Below are positions 32,268 to 43,108 of a DNA stretch of 64,000 nt, one piece after another. The notes beneath the pieces were generated by a model. It was not told the DNA's origin, made no database searches, and worked only from the letters and a program-made list of their open reading frames with translations. Both the position numbers and the translations under genes were made by a program. The DNA comes from Nitrospira sp. (GTDB taxonomy: Bacteria > Nitrospirota > Nitrospiria > Nitrospirales > Nitrospiraceae), in the NCBI GenBank assembly GCA_047150005.1, contig AP038806.1:896001-960000 (forward strand), given 5' to 3'. The stretch's first letter is position 1. Each line of letters begins with the position of its first letter.

Positions 32268-33922
32268 GCCAGGTCTCCCACCCCGTTCCGGCTGATCAGC
32301 TTGAGAAATTCCGCGCGAGTCTGTTGTTGGGTCCTGAACGCGCCGAGCATGGAGCTGGTGACGGCGATGGTGTTCTGTTTCTCGACGCCCCGCATCATCA
32401 TGCAGAGATGCTGAGCTTCCATGACGACACCGACGCCGTGCGCGTTCAGCTTCTGCTTCAACGTTTCGGCGATTTGCGTCGTCAGCCGTTCCTGTACTTG
32501 TAAACGGCGGCTGAACACGTCCACGACGCGGGGGATCTTGCTGAGGCCGACGACTTTTTTGTTCGGCAGATAGCCCACATGACACTTCCCGAAGAACGGC
32601 AGCATGTGGTGCTCGCAATTGTGCGTGAGATGTCCTGAGACAAGAAAGGTTGGAAACGGTTTGCATTGAAAACTGTATACGGTATGAGGCTTATTGGCGT
32701 TGGGAACCCGGCCGACTTCCTCAACGACGGCAAGTGAACTTTCAGCAGGAACATAAAAATCCGTCAGTTTCCTAAAACCATGGCGTCGGTACCATCCAGC
32801 CTCTGCCCACCGTGAGGACACGTATAATCGCCAACACTCCTCTCGCTCTCCGGATGCTCTGGCCAACGGTGTCTGCAAATAGGCTCCCAACTGCGCCATA
32901 AACTTCTTATTCGTACTGATGATCGTGCGACTGTTTTTATAGGCGCTGGAACCGTCGCCGTCGCAGTACCCGTCTAAGAACCCCTGCATCATTTCCTGTG
33001 AGGCCGTCACGACGTCTGGAAACTTGAACGCCTGAGTCTTGCTTCGCGAACCCTGTTCGCTTATCCCGAGCCACCGGGATAGTTTTCCACCTACATCTCT
33101 AGACACCACCCGGACTCGGTACATTGGAATTTTCTGCCCGAGGAATCCGGAAGGAACTCTTACTTTCTCGATATCCGGGGGCCGCGACAGTAAAAACGCT
33201 CTCGCAAACATCTCTCGATATTTCTCCGCAAACACCTGCCTTTTAACTACAAGGCAGATTCTTCGACCTTCCTGGATGCTTCCATCTGCAGCTGTGGCTC
33301 CTAAAACATATCCTAGGGCATACCCCTCAACGCACTTGTGCGCAACACGGCGCAAAGATTTGGGATTGATCCACTCAATCTTGGTCCCTACCTTAAGAGA
33401 TTGCGCTTCTTCCCAGCCGTGTTCGGTCATGAGGGGGTGATCCGGAGTGAGTCGAATCGTGCCTTGATCGGTTCTGATTCTATAGAGATCCCTTGTTTGC
33501 CTCGACGTCACTCTGGTCACGGTCGTCTGGTCCAGATAGCCACGTTCCAAGGTCCACAACCGATCGCCGACGGTAACCGAAGCCGCCGGTTTTGCTCCAG
33601 CAACCGCATTCACCACTTGCTTACTTGGGACGCACATGCTGAAGAAGTCGATGTCTTTGACAATGACCATCTCGTCGTATTCGATCGGAAACATCGCGCC
33701 GTTGAGGAGCTGATCAATGTTGTGATGATAGCCCTTGGTCATGAACTGCAGCGCCTTGGCGACGCGCTCGGGCGTCTTGAGCAGGCCGTTGCGGCTCGGC
33801 GACTCTCCCAGCGCCTCGAGCAGCTGCGCGACGAGGGATTGAACATGTCCTTCGTCGGCAGGTCGCTTGATCGGCGGGAGATCTTCGATGCGTTGCAAGG
33901 CACGACGGCGTGGTTTAGCCAT
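32264..33922 (-). CDS. folE: GTP cyclohydrolase I, intein-containing precursor
   Basis: [17 protein letters not shown]|intein|[33 protein letters not shown]. Confidence 0.95.
   Translation of the reverse strand: MAKPRRRALQRIEDLPPIKRPADEGHVQSLVAQLLEALGESPSRNGLLKTPERVAKALQFMTKGYHHNIDQLLNGAMFPIEYDEMVIVKDIDFFSMCVPSKQVVNAVAGAKPAASVTVGDRLWTLERGYLDQTTVTRVTSRQTRDLYRIRTDQGTIRLTPDHPLMTEHGWEEAQSLKVGTKIEWINPKSLRRVAHKCVEGYALGYVLGATAADGSIQEGRRICLVVKRQVFAEKYREMFARAFLLSRPPDIEKVRVPSGFLGQKIPMYRVRVVSRDVGGKLSRWLGISEQGSRSKTQAFKFPDVVTASQEMMQGFLDGYCDGDGSSAYKNSRTIISTNKKFMAQLGAYLQTPLARASGEREECWRLYVSSRWAEAGWYRRHGFRKLTDFYVPAESSLAVVEEVGRVPNANKPHTVYSFQCKPFPTFLVSGHLTHNCEHHMLPFFGKCHVGYLPNKKVVGLSKIPRVVDVFSRRLQVQERLTTQIAETLKQKLNAHGVGVVMEAQHLCMMMRGVEKQNTIAVTSSMLGAFRTQQQTRAEFLKLISRNGVGDLA
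32618..33634 (-). mobile_element. Intein (339 aa) with LAGLIDADG homing endonuclease
   Basis: Starts CVPS, block [10 protein letters not shown], motifs [10 protein letters not shown] and [10 protein letters not shown], ends HLTHN followed by +1 Cys. Confidence 0.95.
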
Positions 33923-33949
33923 GGAGATTCCTATCCTTCGCGAATTCGT

Positions 33950-34360
33950 TCAGCATGACCCGGCCGGAGCCGCGTACTCGAAATAGTTGTCCCGTGTTTC
34001 GATCACGCCCACTTTTTCCAGCATTCCGGTCGGCAGCTTGGGCGCCAGCAGGTTCCAGATGAGCTTGACCAGATTCTCGCCGGTTGTGGTGAGTGCGGAA
34101 AATTCCGAATCCTGATTCAGATCCTGATGATCGAACCGTTCGACGATCGTTTCCTCGACAATCCGGTCCAAGCGCTCCAGCGGAACGGCGTCTCCGCCGG
34201 CGCCGCTCCGGACCGTGACCAGGACGACATAATTATGGCCGTGGCCGTTCGGATTGTTGCACTTCCCGAACGCCGCCCGGTTCTCTTCGGGCGTCAGGTG
34301 GTCGGTATGCAGCCGGTGTGCGGCGCAGAACCGATACCGTCTGGTCATGGTGAACTGCAT
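33950..34360 (-). CDS. queD: 6-carboxytetrahydropterin synthase / PTPS family
   Basis: FCAAHRL, FGKCNNPNGHGHNY, FDHQDLN, TTGENL. Confidence 0.88.
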   Translation of the reverse strand: MQFTMTRRYRFCAAHRLHTDHLTPEENRAAFGKCNNPNGHGHNYVVLVTVRSGAGGDAVPLERLDRIVEETIVERFDHQDLNQDSEFSALTTTGENLVKLIWNLLAPKLPTGMLEKVGVIETRDNYFEYAAPAGSC

Positions 34361-34388
34361 GCGTGTCCGTGGATCCGGAGCCCCCGCG

Positions 34389-34435
34389 AAAAACGAAAAG
34401 CCAGGATCGCCCGTTCGAGCGAGCGACCCTGGCTT
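34389..34435 (-). terminator. Rho-independent terminator after erpA
   Basis: Minus strand AGCCAGGGTCGCTCG-loop-CGGGCGATCCTGGCT followed by TTTCGTTTTT. Confidence 0.65.
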
Positions 34436-34485
34436 CCTTCGTCACTCCCTATCGTCGGCGCTCGTACGGCAAGCCCGTGAGCCGT

Positions 34486-34806
34486 TTATGCGCTGAATGA
34501 GCTGCCGCACCCGCAGGTCGTCTTGGCTTGCGGATTCTTGATCGAGAATCCGGAACCCTGCACGCTGTCCACGTAATCCACTTCCGCGCCCTGGAGGAGC
34601 GGTGCGCTCTGGGAATCCATGATGACCTTGACGTCGCCCTTTTCGATTACGGTATCGTCTTCGGCCATCTTGGACTCGAATGCCATGCCGTACTGATAGC
34701 CGTGGCAGCCGCCGCCGCGGACGTAGATCCGCAGCCCGACCACGTCCTTTTCTTCCTTCATCAACTCTTGAATCTTCTGTTCCGCCACCGCTGTGATCGT
34801 CACCAT
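34486..34806 (-). CDS. erpA: A-type Fe-S carrier (ErpA/IscA)
   Basis: GGGCHGYQY, NPQAKTTCGCGSSF. Confidence 0.9.
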   Translation of the reverse strand: MVTITAVAEQKIQELMKEEKDVVGLRIYVRGGGCHGYQYGMAFESKMAEDDTVIEKGDVKVIMDSQSAPLLQGAEVDYVDSVQGSGFSIKNPQAKTTCGCGSSFSA

Positions 34807-34874
34807 CGTGGGCCTCCTTACTCGTCAGCCAGACCTTCCGGGCCTGCCTGGATTCGCTTTAGTGTAACACCTCT

Positions 34875-35222
34875 CTACCGAATATCAACACCCCGCGCCT
34901 CTGATTGTCCCGTGGTCGGCGCCGCCCACTTGGTTTCCGGCACTTTCACCACGACGTCGCCCAGGATCTTGGCCTGACATCCGAGCCGATGCCACGGCTC
35001 GCTGAGCGCTTCGCGGTCCAACAGATCCTGTTCCTCGAAATCGATCTCCGACAGATGCTCTCCCCCGCTCTGCACTTCGACGCGGCAGGTCGTGCAGGAA
35101 GCGTTGCCGCCGCAGTCGTGGTTCAACGGAAATCCCAACTCCTTCGCGGCGTCGAGCAGGGTGGTATTCCGCGGCACCGTGCCGCTCTTGCCCTTCGGAT
35201 GAAGAAACGTCACGCGAGGCAT
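34875..35222 (-). CDS. 2Fe-2S ferredoxin (adrenodoxin/ISC type)
   Basis: CGGNASCTTC and RLGCQ. Confidence 0.9.
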   Translation of the reverse strand: MPRVTFLHPKGKSGTVPRNTTLLDAAKELGFPLNHDCGGNASCTTCRVEVQSGGEHLSEIDFEEQDLLDREALSEPWHRLGCQAKILGDVVVKVPETKWAAPTTGQSEARGVDIR

Positions 35223-35232
35223 CCACCCCTCG

Positions 35233-36534
35233 TCAATGGACCGTCGTGTCGACCGGCGCGGCCGGGTAGGGACATCGCCGCAAGCGAATGTGCTCTTCGA
35301 ATTCATGTCGGAACAGCTTCAGGCTGCTCTGCACCAACACAGCCGCACCGGTCACGAGCGTACAATACCCCGTTCCCTTCACAAAACCACAGAGCTGGAG
35401 CAAGCTGTCCAGGTCCTTCTCCGTGCCTTCGCCGGCTTCGATCTTGGTCATCAGGTTCGCGAGGTTGATGGTGCCCATCCGGCAAGGCGGGCACTGGCCG
35501 CAACTTTCGCCTTTGAAAAAATTCGAAAACTTCAGCGTCTGACGGACCATGCAGGTCGCGTCGTCGACCACGATCACGCCGGCCGATCCGAGTCCGGTGC
35601 CCGCCTTCTTCAGCGAATCAAAATCCATCGCCAGATCCAATTGGTCGGCGGTGACCATTGAGAACGCAGGACCGCCCGGGAACACTGCTTTGATCTTTCG
35701 CCCGCCCGGCACGCCGCCGCCGCAGGTTTCGATCAATTCCCGGATCGTGATCCCCATCGGCATTTCATAGACGCCGGGACGGTTGACCGCCCCGCTCAGC
35801 GAGAACATCATCGTCCCCGGACACTTTTCGGTGCCGACCTGCGTGAACCACTGGGCACCCTTGGACAGAATGCGCGGGATGTTGCACAGCGTCTCGACGT
35901 TATTGACGAGCGTCGGCTTACCGTAGAGACCGAAGTCCGTCGGATAGAACGGCGGCTTTTGGCGCGGCATCGCGGGCCGGCCCTGCATGGATTCCAGCAT
36001 CGCCGTCTCTTCTCCAGCCACGTAGCTGCCGTGTCCTTCGAACACCTGGAGATCGATGTCGATGCCGCTGCCGAGAATGTTCTTCCCGACGAAGCCCCGC
36101 TCCTTGGCTTGAGCCAATGCCCGCTTCAGATTCTCGCGCTCCTCCTCGTACTCGTGATTCACGTAGATGAAGGAGGCCTTGGCCTGGGCGGTGTGGGACG
36201 CGATCAGACAACCTTCGATCAACTGATGAGGGGCCGTTTTGAGCAGATGGCGGTCTTTGAATGTCCCCGGCTCATGCTCCCCGGCATTGCAGACGAAATA
36301 GTGCTCTTTTACCCGGTGATTTAAGACCTTGTCCCATTTGACGCCGGTGGGAAATCCGGCCCCGCCGCGGCCCCTGAGACCGGAGGCCTTGAGCTCCTGG
36401 ACCACCTGTTCCGGAGAGAGTTCTCGAACACATTTCTTCCAGGCCTCATACCCCCCCACCTTGAGATAGGCGTCGATATCCCAGGGCGGCCCGTCGAGCT
36501 TTTGTAAGACACGAGGTTCCGTCAACGTCACCAT
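35233..36534 (-). CDS. nuoF: NuoF-like NADH dehydrogenase flavoprotein, solitary
   Basis: SGLRGRGGAGFP, EPGTFKDR, GEETA, NNVET, ESCGQCPPCR. Confidence 0.88.
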   Translation of the reverse strand: MVTLTEPRVLQKLDGPPWDIDAYLKVGGYEAWKKCVRELSPEQVVQELKASGLRGRGGAGFPTGVKWDKVLNHRVKEHYFVCNAGEHEPGTFKDRHLLKTAPHQLIEGCLIASHTAQAKASFIYVNHEYEEERENLKRALAQAKERGFVGKNILGSGIDIDLQVFEGHGSYVAGEETAMLESMQGRPAMPRQKPPFYPTDFGLYGKPTLVNNVETLCNIPRILSKGAQWFTQVGTEKCPGTMMFSLSGAVNRPGVYEMPMGITIRELIETCGGGVPGGRKIKAVFPGGPAFSMVTADQLDLAMDFDSLKKAGTGLGSAGVIVVDDATCMVRQTLKFSNFFKGESCGQCPPCRMGTINLANLMTKIEAGEGTEKDLDSLLQLCGFVKGTGYCTLVTGAAVLVQSSLKLFRHEFEEHIRLRRCPYPAAPVDTTVH

Positions 36535-36707
36535 AGTGCGGGTACTATACGGGGGCCGGGGCGGCCCGTCAAGGCAAGGAGAAGAGAATAGGCCTGAATC
36601 TCAACAGGTTAGGACCACAGCCCTAGGGTGGACTGGGCATATTGGTCTGGGAAACCGGTAGATGTACGAGGCCGGTCCGACGAACCGGACCGACCTCGCA
36701 ATATCGA

Positions 36708-37295
36708 TTACTTGAAGTGGCTGCCTGCGCCCATGAAGAACAGCATGGGAATGGACAGGAGGAAATTGACGCGGGAGGCCAGCAACGCCGTACGGCCCCA
36801 CTGGGCCATCTCGGCCGGAGCCGGTGTGCCCTGTGCCGCCGCTGTCACCGCCGCAATGATTTTCTTCTGGTTGGGCCAAATGACGGCATGCACATTCGCC
36901 ATCATGATGATCCCCAACAGGCCGCCGATGGCAAGGGCATAGGCGCCGGTCCCACCGTGCATATACAACTTGCCATACAGCAGGATCCCCGCGAGCACCG
37001 TCACGGTCGCGCCGTGACGAAACCAGTTCAATGCCGACGGCATCAGTTTCGGGATCACGACGTTCTTCGTCGGACCATCCAGGCTCTTCATGAACGCGGC
37101 ATTGATCAGATTGAAGAAATACAGCAACCCGATCCAGGTGATTCCCGCCAGGAAGTGGATCCAGCGCAACAGAATTCCGGTCCAATCCGCGTCGCCCGCG
37201 CCGACACCCGAGATGCCGAGATAGACAATGATCAGCACGACGGAGAGCGCGAAACCGGCTCCCATCGTTTGCATAGGATCTTCAAGAAACTTCAT
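36708..37295 (-). CDS. PuuD/DUF989-like membrane protein
   Basis: RWIHFLAGITWIGLLYFFN, NVHAVIWPNQKK, SRVNFLLSIPML. Confidence 0.75.
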   Translation of the reverse strand: MKFLEDPMQTMGAGFALSVVLIIVYLGISGVGAGDADWTGILLRWIHFLAGITWIGLLYFFNLINAAFMKSLDGPTKNVVIPKLMPSALNWFRHGATVTVLAGILLYGKLYMHGGTGAYALAIGGLLGIIMMANVHAVIWPNQKKIIAAVTAAAQGTPAPAEMAQWGRTALLASRVNFLLSIPMLFFMGAGSHFK

Positions 37296-37472
37296 AGATT
37301 CCCCCGTTCGGTGTAAGGCTGCAAGCGTGTAGCTGTACTGTAGCGCCTCTTCCGTTGTCAAGCGTGAGGGCACCGGCGCGCTCACGGGGCATGAGACAGT
37401 TGTCCCGGCGTCCTCCCCGAGACCGCAAGGCCGGGGCTCGTTCAACGTGGCGAACGGGCCGGCGCGTCACGC

Positions 37473-38411
37473 TCAGGCCATCAGGCGATCGACCGTCAGA
37501 CACAGTTCCCGCACCGCCTCCGCTGAGGCGGAGAGCGCGCTACGCTCCTCGGGGGTCAACTCGTACTCGACGACCTGCTCGGCCCCGCCCCTACCGATCT
37601 TCACCGGTACGCCGACGACGACGTGCTTGAGTCCGTATTCGCCGTCGCACAGCACGGCGCACGGCAACACCCGCTTTTGATCCCGATGAATGGCCTCCAC
37701 CATGTCCACGGCCGAAGCGGACGGCGCATAGAAGGCACTGCCGGTTTTCAGCAGTCCGACGATTTCGGCCCCGCCGTCTCTGGTGCGCTTTACGATGGCG
37801 TCCAGCCGCTCCTTCGGCAACAGCTCCGACACCGACCGGCCTTTGACCGTCGTATACCGTGGCAGCGGCACCATGGTGTCGCCGTGTCCGCCCAACACCA
37901 TCGCCTCCACCTCGGGACCGGGGACGTTCAACTCGGCGGCGATGAAGGTGCGCATCCGCGCGGAATCGAGCACGCCGGCCATGCCGATGATCCGGGATTT
38001 CGGCAAGCCGCTCACCCGGAGGGCCACGTGCACCATGGCGTCCAGCGGATTGGTGACCAGGATCAGAATGATGTCTGGAGAGCGTGAAACCAGCTCGGTC
38101 ACCACCGACTTCACGATCCGAGCATTGGTGGCCAGAAGTTCATCGCGACTCATACCGGGCTTGCGCGGGATGCCGGACGTGATGATCGCGACCGACGAGC
38201 CGGCGGTGGCTTCATAGCCGTTGGTGCCGACCACCTGCGTGCTGTAGCCGCAGACCGGGCCGGCCTGCGAGATGTCGAGCGCTTTTCCTTGCGGGACGCC
38301 TTCGATGATATCGACCAGCACGACGTCATAGGCGTCCTTTTCCGCCAATCGTTGCGCCGTGGTGCCGCCGACGTTTCCCGCGCCGACTACGGTGATCTTG
38401 GGTCGCTTCAT
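37473..38411 (-). CDS. mdh: Malate dehydrogenase
   Basis: [36 protein letters not shown]. Confidence 0.96.
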   Translation of the reverse strand: MKRPKITVVGAGNVGGTTAQRLAEKDAYDVVLVDIIEGVPQGKALDISQAGPVCGYSTQVVGTNGYEATAGSSVAIITSGIPRKPGMSRDELLATNARIVKSVVTELVSRSPDIILILVTNPLDAMVHVALRVSGLPKSRIIGMAGVLDSARMRTFIAAELNVPGPEVEAMVLGGHGDTMVPLPRYTTVKGRSVSELLPKERLDAIVKRTRDGGAEIVGLLKTGSAFYAPSASAVDMVEAIHRDQKRVLPCAVLCDGEYGLKHVVVGVPVKIGRGGAEQVVEYELTPEERSALSASAEAVRELCLTVDRLMA

Positions 38412-38424
38412 ACGTCCTCCGGTC

Positions 38425-38521
38425 AGTCCTGAGTCCTGAGTCCTGAGCCCTGAGTGCTGAGTTAACAGAATGCGGCCAGGGCTAGGCCCCCCTCAGCACT
38501 CAGCACTTTCAACTCAGCACT
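38425..38521. repeat. Heptamer tandem repeats (AGTCCTG/AGTGCTG, then inverted CAGCACT)
   Basis: Five units at 38425-38459 and complementary units at 38492-38521. Confidence 0.8.
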
Positions 38522-38526
38522 CCTCC

Positions 38527-38931
38527 TCAGTGTTCGTGCTCCGTCCACCCCGCCACCTTGAAATTGATCGTACACACGAAGTTCTCTCCGTGGTAGAAAT
38601 TGACCTTGATCTTTTTCTTGCCGTACGTCCGGGCCAGAAACTCCTCCGGATTGTCGACCAGTTCCTGATAGCCGCCGGCCGGGTATTCACCGAGATCGTG
38701 AAAGACCACGATCATACCCACTTTGACTTCCTGCAGCACCTTGATCGAACACCGAGGATAGACCTCCCAGAACTTGGCCTCGATCATGTCCTTCGTCGGC
38801 TCGGGACGGTCTTCGCCCGGTTTGACCGGCTGCGCGAACTTCGCCAAGCGGCGCACGTAGGGATACTGGTGGCCCGTGAAGAGCTTGTAGAGCCACGGCG
38901 GCACGGTCGGCTTTGTCGATTGATTATTCAT
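38527..38931 (-). CDS. Conserved hypothetical protein
   Basis: 134-aa ORF with core-like codon usage between the VWA gene and mdh. Confidence 0.7.
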   Translation of the reverse strand: MNNQSTKPTVPPWLYKLFTGHQYPYVRRLAKFAQPVKPGEDRPEPTKDMIEAKFWEVYPRCSIKVLQEVKVGMIVVFHDLGEYPAGGYQELVDNPEEFLARTYGKKKIKVNFYHGENFVCTINFKVAGWTEHEH

Positions 38932-38945
38932 GTTTCCATTTTTCA

Positions 38946-41900
38946 CTAGGCCGTCAGCCTCTGATAAATCCGCGGCAGCTTCGCCGGAAGCGCCTCGGCA
39001 CGGTCGATCACCGCATAGCCCACGTCCCCGTACATTCGTCGAAGGTATGTATCCGATTCCCGGTCGATGGTCACGCAAAAGGGAATGATGCCGCGCCGCT
39101 TCGCTTCCTGCAACGCCGCCTTCGTGTCCTCTAGCGCATAGTCGTCCTTATACTCCCCGTCCAACGGCCTCCCGTCGCTCAGCAGCAGCAAGAGGCGTGT
39201 TTTCGCGTCGTGAGCCAACAGCTTCGCCGATGCATGGCGGACCGCGGCGCCGTCCCTGTTTTGCTGTCTCGGGCGGAGACCGCCCACCCGATGAGCGGTG
39301 GTGCTGCCCAGCCGCTCGTCGAAGTCCTTGATGGTCAGGAACTCGACCGACGTGCGGCCTTGCCCGGAATAGGCGTACAGAGCATAGCGATCGCCCAGGG
39401 CATCCAGGGCTTCACAGAGCAACACGAGGCTTTCCTTCTCGACATCGATCACCCGCCGCGTCCCATCCAACTGTTTGCCGGTGGACCCGCTCACATCAAC
39501 CAGGAATGCCGCCGCCACGTCGCGCTCACGCTTCTCTCGTCTGAGATAGACCCGATCGCTCCCTTCGGCCCCTGCGAGAAGATCGCCGAACCGCCGCACA
39601 ACGGCATCGAGGTCGATATCCTCCCCATCAACTTGCCCCGATATGCGCCGCCATGACGGAGGGCGCAGGCATTCGAACGCCCGCCGCAGCGCCACGATTG
39701 CGCTGCGATGCGCCGTCAGCACCGAGGACACGCACTCGTCCGACCCGGCTTCGGCCTGCCGCTCGATCACTCGACACCAGTTCACCCGGTAATCCTGAAT
39801 GGCGGTGTCCCATTCAGGGTAATACACCGCTTGTGCCCCGTCGGCTCGCGTCTCGCGCGTCGGCCGGGCAGCCACGTCGAGCGCCAGCAGCTCCTCCGCC
39901 ACGGATGGGAGTGATCGGCCGCCGCCCAGGACATCCTTCGCCGATCGGTGGTCGTCTTGGTGAGATCGCTGCCCCTCGGACGATGGGGCCGTCGACTGCT
40001 CGTCCGCATGCGGGGATCGTCCGCCGTCGTGCGGCTGCGCCGTCTCGTCGCCGCCCCGTGTGATGAACTCGGGATTCATCTCGCCGCGATAGGCCCAATT
40101 GGTCACCGGCCGGTACAGATCCCCGCTGTGCTCGGAGGAGGGCGGCCCCATGCCGACGTCCTGCTCCTCGTCGCGCCGGTCGCCGGCGATCATCTCAGCC
40201 CGCGGCGCCAGCAGCTCTTCCATCCGCACGTACACCTCGTGCGCGCAACGGACCGAGTCTTCGGCCGACGATGCTCCCGCGAGCACCGGTTGGCACAGTT
40301 TCCAGAGGATGGCCACTTCATCGCTCACCCCATGGGGAACCGCAGTGTCCGCCGACTCCCCGGCCGTGAGCCGCAAAAGACAATCCACGATCAATTCCTT
40401 TGCGGTCAAGCCTTGGCCCGGATCGCGCGGCGTCACGGCCTCTTCGGCCAGCCGGGCCAGGTCCTGGCGCAACCCCGGATACTCTTCACGCAGCAATCGC
40501 TCGACTCGCGCATCTTCCAGCACCATCCACAGGTCTTGAATCAACCCAGGATGCGGATAGAGACGAAACAGCTCTGCCAGCGACGTGACCGGCGATTCGA
40601 TGGCGGGACCGTATCGCTCCTTGACGCTCTCGCAGAGATCGGCCAGCGACTCGAGCTTCAACCGATAGGTCCCAAACTCCAGGTGACCCGCTTCATGGGC
40701 GGCCATGACCAGATACAACCGCTCGTTCCGGTCCGCGGTCGGATAGCGCCGCAGCAGAGCGGGCAGCAAGATCGTCCGAGCGTCGGCACTGACGGTTGCG
40801 CGAGCCGTGGTGGAGACGGCGGAATCGGTAAGAGCCGCCACGGCGACGTCGGTCCCGCAGAGCCCTTGAATAAACAGCTTCACTCGGCGGGCGATCCGTC
40901 TGAGCGGCACCCCGCTCAAGGCCTGTTCGACCGACGCGAGGGCCTTGTGCGTCTCCGTCGCAAAGTAGGCCCGCGCGCCTTCGGCATTGTACGCCAGTAT
41001 TTCCATGCCGGATGTGAACCACTCTTCAAAACGGGACCCGGCATCAGGAGTGTCGCCGATCAGGACGACGACGTCCGGGGCGCGCCGGAGATAGGCCAGG
41101 GCCGATTCGGCGTCTTGCTCCGCCACCAGCAGACCGTATTGGAGAACCTTCAATCGCAGATCGGTCGACGGCAACGAGCGCAAGAGGCGCGGAGATTCGG
41201 CCAACCACTCGATGCCGGCCTGCGGCGCGCGCCCGGCCAGGAGGGCGCCCAGAGCCACGACCTTGGATCGAAGCGGGCTCGGGTCGATGTCCCGCAGAAT
41301 GGCGGGACTGGTCCGGAGAAACTCGATCGTCGCGACGTAATCCGGCTTCCCCAGGCTGTTCGGCGTGATCAACATCATGCCGAACGACAGCCACCGCCGC
41401 ACCTCGTCCAGCGGCAGTACGGAAACGAGGGCCGGAATCTGTCGGATGTATTCGAGCCCGACCACGACGTCGACCGCCGTCAGCTCGATGCCGACCTCGA
41501 GCCAGCCGCGCAGATGCTCGCCGGGCAGCGAGGACACGAGCTGGGGAGCCGTCCGAAGATACTCGAAGGCGACGTTGGGATCCTGATCGGCCAATTCCAG
41601 GCAGATCGCAAGGACGTCCGCTCGCGACGCGGGAGGCTCGATGACGGCCAAGATCAGGGGACTATCCCTGAAATATCGAAGCGCCGTCGCGCCGGAGGAC
41701 TCGGACAGTGCGACGCCCAGATCGAGCCACGCGAGCACCGAGGACAACGCGTTGCGACGATCCAGTTCCGGAAACGCTTCGATCGCCGCCCGAGCCGCCT
41801 TCGCGGACACGGAGTCCAGCTCCTCCAAGAGGGTCAGCACGGCGGCCGGCGGGACCGATTCGCCGGCCAAACGCCGCCCCAATTGCCCGGCCGCGGCCGG

Positions 41901-41957
41901 ACCGAGCTCCGTCGCGAGACGGGCGAGGAGCTGTTGCTGTGCTGGTACGCCGGTCAT
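38946..41957 (-). CDS. NorD/CbbO-like VWA-domain protein
   Basis: YPEWD..IQDY, GEDIDLDA, LVDVSGST MIDAS, NRDGAAVRHA, LSDGRP; internal HEAGH. Confidence 0.88.
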   Translation of the reverse strand: MTGVPAQQQLLARLATELGPAAAGQLGRRLAGESVPPAAVLTLLEELDSVSAKAARAAIEAFPELDRRNALSSVLAWLDLGVALSESSGATALRYFRDSPLILAVIEPPASRADVLAICLELADQDPNVAFEYLRTAPQLVSSLPGEHLRGWLEVGIELTAVDVVVGLEYIRQIPALVSVLPLDEVRRWLSFGMMLITPNSLGKPDYVATIEFLRTSPAILRDIDPSPLRSKVVALGALLAGRAPQAGIEWLAESPRLLRSLPSTDLRLKVLQYGLLVAEQDAESALAYLRRAPDVVVLIGDTPDAGSRFEEWFTSGMEILAYNAEGARAYFATETHKALASVEQALSGVPLRRIARRVKLFIQGLCGTDVAVAALTDSAVSTTARATVSADARTILLPALLRRYPTADRNERLYLVMAAHEAGHLEFGTYRLKLESLADLCESVKERYGPAIESPVTSLAELFRLYPHPGLIQDLWMVLEDARVERLLREEYPGLRQDLARLAEEAVTPRDPGQGLTAKELIVDCLLRLTAGESADTAVPHGVSDEVAILWKLCQPVLAGASSAEDSVRCAHEVYVRMEELLAPRAEMIAGDRRDEEQDVGMGPPSSEHSGDLYRPVTNWAYRGEMNPEFITRGGDETAQPHDGGRSPHADEQSTAPSSEGQRSHQDDHRSAKDVLGGGRSLPSVAEELLALDVAARPTRETRADGAQAVYYPEWDTAIQDYRVNWCRVIERQAEAGSDECVSSVLTAHRSAIVALRRAFECLRPPSWRRISGQVDGEDIDLDAVVRRFGDLLAGAEGSDRVYLRREKRERDVAAAFLVDVSGSTGKQLDGTRRVIDVEKESLVLLCEALDALGDRYALYAYSGQGRTSVEFLTIKDFDERLGSTTAHRVGGLRPRQQNRDGAAVRHASAKLLAHDAKTRLLLLLSDGRPLDGEYKDDYALEDTKAALQEAKRRGIIPFCVTIDRESDTYLRRMYGDVGYAVIDRAEALPAKLPRIYQRLTA

Positions 41958-42061
41958 GATTTCCGTTTCGGTCCATGCAGGGGCTCGGATTGTAAAGGAG
42001 CCCCTGCCGCTTGTAAACTAGCTTTCGGTCCTCTTTCATCCTTCAGAATAGGAGCCCTGCC

Positions 42062-42496
42062 GTGGCGGAACCAAAGCAGGAGAGCCTCGACAAGATGTGG
42101 AAGTACGTAAAGGGGTTCGCCGAGAAGAGCGGCACCACCATGCACCCGAACCCCGCCGTCACCGAGGCGGTGGTCAAGGGTCTGGCCATGCATGTGGACG
42201 AACTCGGGAAGCCGCTGTGCCCTTGCAACTTCTACAAAGACAAGCAGGCCGAAGCCAAACTGCGTCGCTGGATGTGCGCCTGCGACGAGATGCAGATCTA
42301 CAAATACTGCCACTGTCTGTTGTTTGTGCGCGAAGACGGGATGCCGATCACGGAGTATTTGCCGGAAGGTCACGAAGGGCGCGAAGTCTACGGCGTCGTC
42401 ACCGACCCGACCCCCGACAAGGGCCGAGCACTACGGCACAAAGCCGTGGAAGGGCCGCCTTCAGCGCCTGCCTCCCAGACGATTTCCGATGAGTGA
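42062..42496 (+). CDS. Ferredoxin:thioredoxin reductase catalytic subunit
   Basis: CPC, CAC and CHCLLF motifs; AGGAG RBS before GTG. Confidence 0.88.
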   Translation: MAEPKQESLDKMWKYVKGFAEKSGTTMHPNPAVTEAVVKGLAMHVDELGKPLCPCNFYKDKQAEAKLRRWMCACDEMQIYKYCHCLLFVREDGMPITEYLPEGHEGREVYGVVTDPTPDKGRALRHKAVEGPPSAPASQTISDE

Positions 42497-42576
42497 CACC
42501 TCTTCTTTGAACAACTGACTCGTAGGCTCCCTCCTCGTTTTGGTTCCCCCCCTCACCCGTTTTCTCGTGCCCGTCG

Positions 42577-43059
42577 CTACTCCCACCCCTTCACCTCATA
42601 CCCTTTTTCGATCAGACAGTGCACAACCGCGTCCGCATACGGAGGGCTCGGTTCGAGAGGACGATAGGCCCCTCCGAGCGAACCGATGATCAATCCAAGC
42701 CCGGCCCCGGCCGCGGCGCCGATGGCAATGCCGGCCGGGCCTCCGGCGATGCCGCTGGTCGCCCCGACGGCGGCGCCCACAATGAGTCCGAGACCGGCGC
42801 CGGCCGCCACGTTGCCGCTCCGCGCCTCGGTTCCCGGATCCAATCCGGCCGCCTCGGCCTTCTGCTGGCATTCCGCGATGTCCAGTTTTGCTCCCTCGCG
42901 TCCTTGGAGTTGGTATTTCGCATTCGCCCGCAACAGCGGCTGAGGCCCCGCACAGGCGGCAGTTGCAACGGCCATCACAACGAGCGCGGATACGACCCGT
43001 CTTCCTCGCCTTCTGCTCCCGCGCGGCGATCGACTCGGCAATTGGGAGGCGACGATCAT
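42577..43059 (-). CDS. Glycine-zipper lipoprotein
   Basis: Lipobox TAAC, GAAVGA/GAAAGAG zipper, CLIEKGYEVKGW. Confidence 0.75.
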   Translation of the reverse strand: MIVASQLPSRSPRGSRRRGRRVVSALVVMAVATAACAGPQPLLRANAKYQLQGREGAKLDIAECQQKAEAAGLDPGTEARSGNVAAGAGLGLIVGAAVGATSGIAGGPAGIAIGAAAGAGLGLIIGSLGGAYRPLEPSPPYADAVVHCLIEKGYEVKGWE

Positions 43060-43108
43060 CGTCGAACCCCCTCTCGCGCCGGGCCGAACCGGTTGTTCCG
43101 CGACTCGT

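Noticed and set aside
34389..34435. preQ1-type riboswitch upstream of queD
   Set aside because: Simple hairpin plus T-tract with no recognisable aptamer; called a terminator
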